Below are positions 15,938 through 23,087 of a stretch of 23,087 bases of DNA, in pieces. Positions within the stretch are counted from its first letter, which is position 1. Every line of letters begins with the position of its first letter. Origin of the DNA: Deinococcaceae bacterium (GTDB lineage Bacteria > Deinococcota > Deinococci > Deinococcales > Trueperaceae); NCBI GenBank assembly GCA_040256005.1, contig JBDZWC010000037.1, positions 1 to 23,087 of the forward strand, read 5' to 3'. Below the pieces are notes generated by a model. It saw nothing but the letters and a program-made list of their open reading frames with translations, was not told where the DNA came from and did not search any database. The position numbers were made by a program, and so were the translations under genes.

Positions 15938-16678
15938 CTACTCGAACAGCGTCTCGTCCACGGGCTCGTTGAGCGCGATGTCGACGTAGCGCATCTCGGC
16001 GTAGAGCGTGGCGGCGCCGTCCTTCACCTCGTACATGTCCTGGTCGTAGAACAGCGCGCCGTCGACCCTGGGCTCGCCCACGAAGACCATGACCATGTCG
16101 GAGGCGTCCTGGGGGACGACCATCCCGATCAGGCGGCCCGTGGCGTCGAACACGAAGCGGATCGTCGTGGCGTCCACCTGCATGCCGGGCACACCGAAGT
16201 CGCCGGTGTAGCTGACCTGGCGTCCGGACAGAACGTCGGCGTAGCTCACCTCGCCGTCGTAGGTAGCGACGGCTTCGGGGTCCGACAGGAGATCGCCCGC
16301 CGAGCCCGTCTCGAAGATGTCGGCGAAGGCCGCGTCCATGCCCGGCGGCAGGGGCAGCGTCATGCCGTTCATGGACATGGTCATCGTGCCCTCCACGTAG
16401 CGCATCGTGGTGGTCATGCCCATGACCGCGGAGACGATCGCTGCGCGCTGGCCGGCGTAGTCGATGACGGTGCGGCTCTCGTTGACGAGCGGCTCGTCGG
16501 CGCCGTAGATCGTCATGGTCGAGGTCATGTCCAGGCTCTGGATGTCCGGGGCCGCGCCGGCCTGGCTGGCCATCCCTTCGAGCAAGGCCCTTGCCTGGTC
16601 ATCGATCTGAGCGGAAGCCATGCCTATGACCAGAAGGAACGCCGTGAGGGACGCACGTACGAGGTTCGGTCTTGTCAT
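15938..16678 (-). CDS. Secreted hypothetical protein, possible LolA-like fold
   Basis: Signal peptide ending 'ASAQ', Met/Thr-rich beta-strands, and C-terminal 'IALNEPVDETLFE', reminiscent of LolA-like proteins. Confidence 0.75.
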   Translation of the reverse strand: MTRPNLVRASLTAFLLVIGMASAQIDDQARALLEGMASQAGAAPDIQSLDMTSTMTIYGADEPLVNESRTVIDYAGQRAAIVSAVMGMTTTMRYVEGTMTMSMNGMTLPLPPGMDAAFADIFETGSAGDLLSDPEAVATYDGEVSYADVLSGRQVSYTGDFGVPGMQVDATTIRFVFDATGRLIGMVVPQDASDMVMVFVGEPRVDGALFYDQDMYEVKDGAATLYAEMRYVDIALNEPVDETLFE

Positions 16679-16721
16679 GGCATCAAGCTAGCCCATCGCC
16701 GGCCGGCTAGATAGTGGCAGG

Positions 16722-17606
16722 TCAGGTCCGCAGCTTCACCAACGTGCCCCACGGGTCGCGAACACATAGGTATCCCGCGCCTTCCTCGATCGCGACCCCG
16801 GCCCGCTCGAGCCGCTCACGCGCGGCGGCCAGGTCGGAAGCGGAGGCCTGGACCTCGAAGTACGCAAGCCCCAGCGTGTCCCCTCTCATGGCTGCGCCTC
16901 GGCTCTCCCACACGTTCATGCCCAGGTGATGGTGGTAGCCGCCGGCGGACGCGAAGAGCGCGCTGTGCCACATGGACGCCGTCACGTCGAAGCCGAGGGT
17001 GTCCACGTAGAACGCCCCGGCGGTAGCCACGTCGCCCACCTTGAGATGGACGTGGCCCAGCCGGGCCCGGGCGCCCTCCGGCGCCTTAGGCTCGGATCCC
17101 TCCATGACGGCGTGCTCGCGGATGAACGAGTTCGGGTCAAGCGGCAGCGAGTCCATGGCGACCTCGCCACCCGACCAGCGCCACTCGGAACGCGGCCGGT
17201 CCCAGTAGAGCTCCACACCGTTGCCCTCGGGGTCGTTGAAGTAGAACGCCTGACTCACGAGATGGTCGGCGCTCCCGGTGAACGAACCGCCGAAGCCCAG
17301 CGCCGTAGCGTACAGGGCCGCCGCCAGGTCGGAGCGCTCATCGAACAGGATCGCCGTGTGGTATAGGCCGGCGGAGCCGGGAGTCGGTCGCGGCAGCTCG
17401 GGACGCTGATACAGCTCCAGCACCGGGCGCCCATGACTGCCCAGCAGGAGCCGGTCGCCCGAGTCCTCGAGTCGAGCGAGGCCCACCCCCGTCTCGTAGA
17501 ACGGGGCTACGACGGCCAGGTCCTCGACGTTGAGGGCCAGCCTGCCCAGGTCCGTAGCGGCGCCCAACTTGTCGCCAGCGCCCGATTCCCTCGCCGTCTC
17601 GGTCAT
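16722..17606 (-). CDS. VOC family protein (CatE-like ring-cleaving dioxygenase/glyoxalase)
   Basis: 'GLYHTAIL', 'GSADHLVSQAFYFNDPEGNGVELYWDRPR', 'LGHVHLKV', 'GGYHHHLGMNVW' and 'DPWG'. Start ATG 17606 has CATAAT 7 nt upstream; 17615 is an alternative. Confidence 0.9.
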   Translation of the reverse strand: MTETARESGAGDKLGAATDLGRLALNVEDLAVVAPFYETGVGLARLEDSGDRLLLGSHGRPVLELYQRPELPRPTPGSAGLYHTAILFDERSDLAAALYATALGFGGSFTGSADHLVSQAFYFNDPEGNGVELYWDRPRSEWRWSGGEVAMDSLPLDPNSFIREHAVMEGSEPKAPEGARARLGHVHLKVGDVATAGAFYVDTLGFDVTASMWHSALFASAGGYHHHLGMNVWESRGAAMRGDTLGLAYFEVQASASDLAAARERLERAGVAIEEGAGYLCVRDPWGTLVKLRT

Positions 17607-17647
17607 GGGCGGCATTATGCGCCGCCCGGCGGGCCATCATGGTTCCC

Positions 17648-19144
17648 GTGCCCGATAGACAGGACCAGCCCAAACCCGCCGACCGACTGCCGCTGATGAT
17701 CGACCTCTCGAGCACCAGCCTCACGCCCGACGAGCGTGAGCTGCTCGCCGAGGGGCGGGTCTCAGGCGTCTGTCTGTTCGGTCGCAACGTGACCGACCGA
17801 GCGCAGGTGGGTGACTACGTGGCCCAGTTACGCTCGCTGGCCGGCGAGGACCTGATCGTGGCCATGGACCAGGAAGGCGGCGGGGTCGTGCGGCTGTTCG
17901 ACGTACCCGTGCCGCCTGCCGCGATGGCGCTTGGCTTCGCCGACGATCCTGATCTCACACGCGAGGTCGCCATGGCCGCGGCGCGAGGGCTGCGGGCCGT
18001 GGGCGTCAACCTGGACTTCGCGCCTGTCGCGGACGTGAACTCGAACCCGCTCAACCCCGTGATCGCGGACCGCTCGTTCGGCTCCGAGCCAGGGTTGGTG
18101 GCGCGGCACGTCGCGGCGTTCGTGACGGGGCTGCAGGCGGAGGGCGTGGGCGCCACGCTCAAGCACTTCCCCGGCCACGGTGACACCGATGTCGACTCGC
18201 ACCTCGACCTGCCCACAGTGGATGGCCCGCTCGAGGAGCTGCGCCAGGTCGAGCTGCCGCCGTTCGCGGCCGGCGTGCGAGCCGGCGCGGCCGCGGTCAT
18301 GAGCGCCCACATCGTCCTGCCAGCCATCGATGGGGAGAGGCCGGCCACGCTGTCGTCCGCAGCGCTGAGCGGACTGCTGAGAGGCGAGCTGGGCTTCGAT
18401 GGCGTGATCGCCACTGACGCTCTGGACATGCGGGCGATCTCGGACCGGTGGCCGGCTCCAGTCGCAGCCGTGATGTCGCTGCAGGCCGGCGCCGACCTGC
18501 CCTTGGTCATCGGGCCCGTCTCGGCCCATCGCGCGACGCTCGACGCGATCGAGCGCGCCGCAGAGGAGGGGAAGGTCGACCTCTCGGGCCCACGCAGGCG
18601 CCTGGCCCAGCTGTCGCGCCGCTTCCCGGGCCTCGCGCCGGACCCGGACTCCGCTTGGCGCGACGGCGACGAGGACCTGTTGGCGGAGGCCGCGCGCAGG
18701 GGACTGTCGCAGCGGGGAGAGCTGCCCAGGCTGACGCCCGGACAGACGGTGCTGCTGCTGGCGCGCGAGGAAGTGCGAGCATCGGCCGCTGCCCAGGTGA
18801 TCGTGCGTCCCGCCGCGCCCCTCAAGCGGTCCCTGGAGGAGGCAGGTGTCGTCGTGAGGCACGTGAACATCGAGAACGTGGCGGCCGAGGACGTGCCGGC
18901 GCTGCTGCGGGACGTGGACGCAGCCGTGTACGCCTCTACCACCAGGGTGCGCCCGCCCGACGAAGAGCTCCGGACCGCCGCAGCCCTGGCCGAGGCGGCT
19001 GCCGGCTCTGGCACGCCCTACGCCCACGTGGCGCTATGGAACCCGTACACGGCGGATCGCCTCGCCGGACCCTCGCTGGTGTCGTTCGGCTTCCGCGACC
19101 TGCAGGCGAGAGCGGTGGCCGACAGGCTGCTCGGTCACGCCTGA
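17648..19144 (+). CDS. nagZ: GH3 beta-N-acetylhexosaminidase with C-terminal domain
   Basis: 'LFGRN', 'DQEGGGV.R', 'FAPVADVNSNP.NPVI.DRSF', NagZ signature 'KHFPGHGDTDVDSH' and nucleophile 'TDALDM'. No signal peptide. Start is GTG 17648 or ATG 17639. Confidence 0.93.
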   Translation: MPDRQDQPKPADRLPLMIDLSSTSLTPDERELLAEGRVSGVCLFGRNVTDRAQVGDYVAQLRSLAGEDLIVAMDQEGGGVVRLFDVPVPPAAMALGFADDPDLTREVAMAAARGLRAVGVNLDFAPVADVNSNPLNPVIADRSFGSEPGLVARHVAAFVTGLQAEGVGATLKHFPGHGDTDVDSHLDLPTVDGPLEELRQVELPPFAAGVRAGAAAVMSAHIVLPAIDGERPATLSSAALSGLLRGELGFDGVIATDALDMRAISDRWPAPVAAVMSLQAGADLPLVIGPVSAHRATLDAIERAAEEGKVDLSGPRRRLAQLSRRFPGLAPDPDSAWRDGDEDLLAEAARRGLSQRGELPRLTPGQTVLLLAREEVRASAAAQVIVRPAAPLKRSLEEAGVVVRHVNIENVAAEDVPALLRDVDAAVYASTTRVRPPDEELRTAAALAEAAAGSGTPYAHVALWNPYTADRLAGPSLVSFGFRDLQARAVADRLLGHA

Positions 19145-20388
19145 GGGACCGCGAGCCGCCGCCGTTTGGCCGCGGTGACCAGCGCCGCCCCCACCACCAT
19201 CGACACGGCGAGCGAGTAGAACAGCGCCCTGTTGCCCATCACGTCCATGAGCGCGCCCACGATGGGCGGTCCCGCGATGGCCGCCGCGGAGCCGAACAGG
19301 TAGTACATGCCGGTGTAGAAGCCCGTCTGAGAGGCCCCGCCCTGGTTGATGACCAGCGGGTAGGCGGGCACCTGCACCAGCGCCCAGGCCGCGCCGCCCA
19401 GCGCCAGCACGACGCGCGCCGAGGTGATGTCGTCGACGTTGGCGGCCAGCAGGGCGGCGACGGCCATCACCAACGCCCCGAGCCGCATGGTGTTGGCCGA
19501 CCCGATGCGGCGAGCCAGGTAGCCGGCCGGGATCGCCATGACGACGTACGCGACCATCGTGGCGGCGATGGTGGGGCCCGTCATGGCCGCCGAGATGCCG
19601 AGGGTCTGGGTGGCGAACGTGCTGAACTGCGCCTCCAGCGCCGAGTACCCGAAGAAGACGGCGAACACGGCCAGCAGCAGGATGCCAGGCCCGCTGCGCT
19701 CCTCGACGACCAGTTGCTTGACGTCGCGGAAGAGCCCGCTAAGAGGCGGCGCCTCGTCTTCCAACGTCCCTTCGGTGACGTAAGGGGGGTGCCTGTCTAT
19801 CGCCAGCAGGACGAACAGGAGCGACACGAGCACGATCGCGCCGGAGCCGGCGAACGGCAGCCAGGGCGCGTCGGCGATGAGCGGCGACAGGAGCAACAGG
19901 CCAATCGCCCCACCGGCTGCCGCCATGAGCGTGATGATCCCGTTCGCGGACGAGCGGTCGCGCGGCGCGACATGGTCGGGCATCAGCGCGATGAGCGGCG
20001 CCCTGAACAGGGTGATCGCGAACAGGAAGGTCACGTCCACGGCCAGGAGCACCCACAAGCGCTCGGCGGCGAACGGCAGCGCGGCGAACAGCAGCCCGGT
20101 CAGTGGCATGCCCACCAGGAGGAAAGGTATGCGCTTGCCGAGGCGGCCCTCCACCCGGTCCGACCACGCGCCGATCATGGGCAACATGAACACGGCCAGC
20201 ACGTTGTCGAGCGCCATGATCGTGCCGCGCACGCCGCTGCTGGCGATGAACCGTGCCAGCAGCAGCGGCATGAAAGTGTTGTAGAGGGCCCACGTAGCGG
20301 CGAGGCCCAGCGAGCCGAACCCCAGGCCCATGAGCCGGGGTGTCGAGAGGCGGGAGCGCTCGGTAGGCGCGGGGCTCGTGGGCGACAC
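19135..20388 (-). CDS. MFS transporter (SLC45/MalT-like sugar transporter)
   Basis: About 12 TM segments, 'IMALDNVLAVFMLPMIGAWSDR..GRLGKRIPF' and 'ALMPD....DRSSANG'. Start placed at GTG 20388 because TAACAT lies 8 nt upstream; the ORF-track extension overlaps the S8 gene. Confidence 0.9.
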   Translation of the reverse strand: MSPTSPAPTERSRLSTPRLMGLGFGSLGLAATWALYNTFMPLLLARFIASSGVRGTIMALDNVLAVFMLPMIGAWSDRVEGRLGKRIPFLLVGMPLTGLLFAALPFAAERLWVLLAVDVTFLFAITLFRAPLIALMPDHVAPRDRSSANGIITLMAAAGGAIGLLLLSPLIADAPWLPFAGSGAIVLVSLLFVLLAIDRHPPYVTEGTLEDEAPPLSGLFRDVKQLVVEERSGPGILLLAVFAVFFGYSALEAQFSTFATQTLGISAAMTGPTIAATMVAYVVMAIPAGYLARRIGSANTMRLGALVMAVAALLAANVDDITSARVVLALGGAAWALVQVPAYPLVINQGGASQTGFYTGMYYLFGSAAAIAGPPIVGALMDVMGNRALFYSLAVSMVVGAALVTAAKRRRLAVPQA

Positions 20389-20437
20389 GCCTTCGGATGT
20401 TACGACGGTGCCGGCTAGGGGCCCGAAGCGGCGTCCC

Positions 20438-22603
20438 TCACCGCACCTCGAACGAGCCCGCGTAGGACGCCCCGCCCGCCTCCAGCAGCAAGTCCACTTG
20501 GTCGCCCGGCTCGAGCGCACCCGTGGCGACCGCGCCGGTCTCCCCGGTCAGGAGGTCGAGAGCGGTCGTCAGCGCCCCCAGGGGCGTGGTGACGTGCAGC
20601 GTGGCTTCGCGGTCGGACGGGGACGTGGGCGCCGGGAGGCCCATGGCGCCGTCCACGCGCAGCAGGCCGGCACCGTAGCGCTCGGCGTCCATGTAGCCGG
20701 GGTCGAAGTACGCCGTCGCCTTCAGGCGCGCCTCCACCTCGTCGGGCGATAGCCCAGGCTCGCGCGCCAACAGCAACGCCGCCGCTGCGGACACGTGCGG
20801 GGTCGCCATGCTGGTGCCGTCCATCTCCCAGCTCGATCCGCCCGGCATGGGCCCGCGTACCGCGGTGCCCGGAGCGACCAGGTCAACGCCGCCCGGTCCG
20901 CCGCTGCCCACGCCGTAGTTGCTGTAGGCGGCGAGCTTGAGGTCCGGGTCGAGCGCACCCACGCCGATCACGCCCGCGGCCGCCGCCGGGAAGTTGACCG
21001 CGGTGGACCCCTGGTTACCGGTGGCCGCTACGACCACCACGCCCAGGTCCCGCACCTCGTCTATCGTCGCGGCCAGCACGGCGTTGCCGTCGGGAGTGCC
21101 CAGACTGAGGTTGATGACGTGGGCGGGGTACGGGTTGTCGGGAGCGCCCGCCACCGGCAGCCCGGCCGCCCAGCGGATCGCCAGGTCGACGGTGAAGACC
21201 GAGGTGGAGCCTCCCGTCACCGGGAAGACCTTGACGGGCAGGACGCGCACTCCTGGCGCCACGCCCACGGTGCCGTAGCCGTTCGCTGCGGCCGCTACGG
21301 TGCCGGCCACGTGGGTGCCGTGCTGCGCCCCCGACGTGGCGGCGTAAGGGTCGGGGTCCATGGCGCTGCATGAAGACGTGTCGTCCGCGCAGAAGTCGAA
21401 GCCGGGCAACAGGTTGGGAACCAGGTCAGGGTGAAGCAGGTCGATGGCGCTGTCGATCACGGCGACGGTGACCTCTGCGTCGGCACCGGTCTCGTACGCC
21501 CAGGCGAACGGGGCACCCACCGCGAACGGCCCCCACTGCAGGTGCAGGTCCGGGTCCGTTGGCAGGCCGAGGAGGTACATGCGGTGGTTGGGGGCCGCGA
21601 CCTTCACGCTGGGGTCGGCCTGCAGCTGCTGCGCCGCCTGCTCTGCGCTCATGCCGGCGGGCACCCGCAGTAGCTCCACGTCTCCGAACCGTCTGATGCG
21701 CCGCAGGCCCAGCGCATCGGCCGGCCGCTCGCTGGAGGCAAGGCCGACCTGGTCCGGTCGGTAGACGACGATCACCTCGTCGACCGGCTCCGGGGCCGCT
21801 GGTGCTGCGGCCGGCGGTTGTCGGGGCGCTGCTCTCGTCGCGTCCGGCGTCGGCGGCCCCAGCGGGCGCCGGTTGAGCGTGCCGAACCGAGCCGTGAGGC
21901 CGGACAGGTCGCCAGGCACCTCCGCGTAGAAGGGGATGTCCAGGCTGTCGCCGCTGAGCGTCAGCTCCTGACCGAGCTGGTACGAGCCCGGCTCGGCGTA
22001 CGTCGCCACCGCCCTCAGACGGGACATGGCGTACACCTCGACGAGCGGTCTCGTGGCGATGCCCGTCAGGTCAAGCGTGGCGTGCGCCTGGCCGGCCGCG
22101 TCGGTGACGGTGATGGCCGGCTCGATGACCCCGGCCGCCGTGTAGAACGAGACCGCCACGTCCGGCACCGGGGCGCCGGCCGCGTCGCTGGCCTGCGCCA
22201 CGACCTCGTAGAGCTGGGAGTCGCCAGAGGGCACGAGCGGAGCCACGACCAGGCGCGCCACGACCGTCACGGTCGCCGTGCTGGCGCCGCTGCGTCCGTC
22301 GGCGGTGACGACGGTGATGCGCCCGTTCGGCGCGCCTGTTGGCACCTTGACCCGCACCTGTGTGGCGGTCCACAGGTCGACGTTGGAGCCGGCCAGCGCC
22401 AGTTCCCCTATCCAGACGCTACCGGGCGCGTCCCCGAAACCGCTGCCCGTCACCAGCAAGGGTCCGCCCACGACGGGCGTCGCCGGAGACACAGCTTGGA
22501 CGTCCACGACTCCCTGGGGGAAGCACCCGCCGAGCAGGACCAGCAGCACGGCCAGAAGCGGAGGGGCGAGGCGGGTCACGCGTGAGGTCTCGAGGGTATT
22601 CAC
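20438..22603 (-). CDS. S8 (subtilisin-like) serine peptidase lipoprotein with IPT/TIG and Ig-like domains
   Basis: Lipobox 'LLVLLGGC', IPT-like 'LLVTGSGFG...WTATQVRVKVP', Big_1-like 'VPDVAVSF...TVTDAAGQA', and triad 'VAVIDS', 'HGTHVAG', 'GTSMATPHV' with oxyanion 'ATGN'. Start is GTG 22603 (GGAG upstream) or 22579. Confidence 0.93.
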   Translation of the reverse strand: MNTLETSRVTRLAPPLLAVLLVLLGGCFPQGVVDVQAVSPATPVVGGPLLVTGSGFGDAPGSVWIGELALAGSNVDLWTATQVRVKVPTGAPNGRITVVTADGRSGASTATVTVVARLVVAPLVPSGDSQLYEVVAQASDAAGAPVPDVAVSFYTAAGVIEPAITVTDAAGQAHATLDLTGIATRPLVEVYAMSRLRAVATYAEPGSYQLGQELTLSGDSLDIPFYAEVPGDLSGLTARFGTLNRRPLGPPTPDATRAAPRQPPAAAPAAPEPVDEVIVVYRPDQVGLASSERPADALGLRRIRRFGDVELLRVPAGMSAEQAAQQLQADPSVKVAAPNHRMYLLGLPTDPDLHLQWGPFAVGAPFAWAYETGADAEVTVAVIDSAIDLLHPDLVPNLLPGFDFCADDTSSCSAMDPDPYAATSGAQHGTHVAGTVAAAANGYGTVGVAPGVRVLPVKVFPVTGGSTSVFTVDLAIRWAAGLPVAGAPDNPYPAHVINLSLGTPDGNAVLAATIDEVRDLGVVVVAATGNQGSTAVNFPAAAAGVIGVGALDPDLKLAAYSNYGVGSGGPGGVDLVAPGTAVRGPMPGGSSWEMDGTSMATPHVSAAAALLLAREPGLSPDEVEARLKATAYFDPGYMDAERYGAGLLRVDGAMGLPAPTSPSDREATLHVTTPLGALTTALDLLTGETGAVATGALEPGDQVDLLLEAGGASYAGSFEVR

Positions 22604-22768
22604 CTGGGCTCCGGCGCCAGTGTTACGGATTTCCGGGTCGCGCCCGCCGAGGCGCTCACGGCGACGTCCGGATGAGCGGCGTTCGCGGCGTGGGCTACCC
22701 ACCCGCGCGTCATCGTTCCCATGACCTCGCTGCCTACCGTTCTGAAGACCACGAAACGGAGTGAAGCC

Positions 22769-23087
22769 ATGAGCGACGGGCAGAAGGGGCAGGGCAAGCC
22801 ACCACAGGAGCAGGAGCACCAGCCCGGCCGCGAGCATGAGATGCGGCCGGAGCCCAAGTACTCGGGAGAGGGCTACAAGCCGGCCGGGAAGCTCGACGGC
22901 ATGGGGACCGTCATCACCGGAGGCGACAGCGGCATCGGCAGGGCCGTGGCCGTGCACTTCGCCAAGGAGGGCGCCAACATCGCGATCATCTACCTCGAGG
23001 AGGACAGGGACGCCGAGAAGGTCAAGGCGGAGATCGAGGAGCAGGGCCGGCGGGCCCTCCTGCTCAGGGGCGACATCGCAGACGCCG
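22769..23087 (+). CDS. SDR family oxidoreductase (YghA/YdaD general-stress type), 3' truncated
   Basis: Manual translation gives MSDGQKGQGKPPQEQEHQPGREHEMRPEP...GKL...VITGGDSGIGRAVAVHFAKEGANIAIIYL, with a GGAG RBS upstream. It is absent from the ORF track because it runs off the window. Confidence 0.93.
   Translation, partial: MSDGQKGQGKPPQEQEHQPGREHEMRPEPKYSGEGYKPAGKLDGMGTVITGGDSGIGRAVAVHFAKEGANIAIIYLEEDRDAEKVKAEIEEQGRRALLLRGDIADA

Noticed and set aside
17815..20418. Long alternative ORFs (two of 399 aa, one of 656 aa) over nagZ and the MFS gene
   Set aside because: Off-frame or antisense artefacts of high GC content with low-complexity Arg/Ala/Ser composition.
22604..22957. N-terminal extension of the S8 ORF (839 aa in the track)
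   Set aside because: It overlaps the SDR gene on the opposite strand, and the lipoprotein signal begins only near 22603/22579.

Overview
High-GC chromosomal segment, probably from a Deinococcota (Trueperaceae-like) bacterium. This is inferred from ALAQ/ASAQ-ending signal peptides, repeated TANNNT boxes 5-8 nt before start codons, and a Thermus-like Rrf2. No mobile element, CRISPR, rRNA or tRNA is visible. In order: (1) a partial CDS, then a ~365-bp intergenic region with a strongly base-paired ~130-nt element and repeated CCAC(A/T)ACC motifs; (2) marC, a ble-family VOC gene, a DUF3105 gene and pgi; (3) a copper nitrite-reduction module, with an Rrf2 regulator divergent from nirK, an FGE-family (NirV-like) gene and a His-rich SCO, plus a palindromic operator candidate; (4) an amino-sugar/peptidoglycan-salvage locus, with GntR/UTRA regulator-tandem GNAT-murQ divergent from a family-5 ABC binding protein, two permeases (no ATPase) and a beta-lactamase-family hydrolase, and nagZ and an MFS transporter nearby; (5) a multidomain S8 lipoprotein protease and a partial YghA/YdaD-type SDR. 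The most notable items are the salvage locus, the unexplained structured element at 301-430, and two operator motifs. The locus resembles the clostridial GlmA/AmiE/NagZ/MurQ set but uses an Opp-type importer and lacks a kinase, PTS or ATPase in the window. All family calls come from motif recognition, not database searches.
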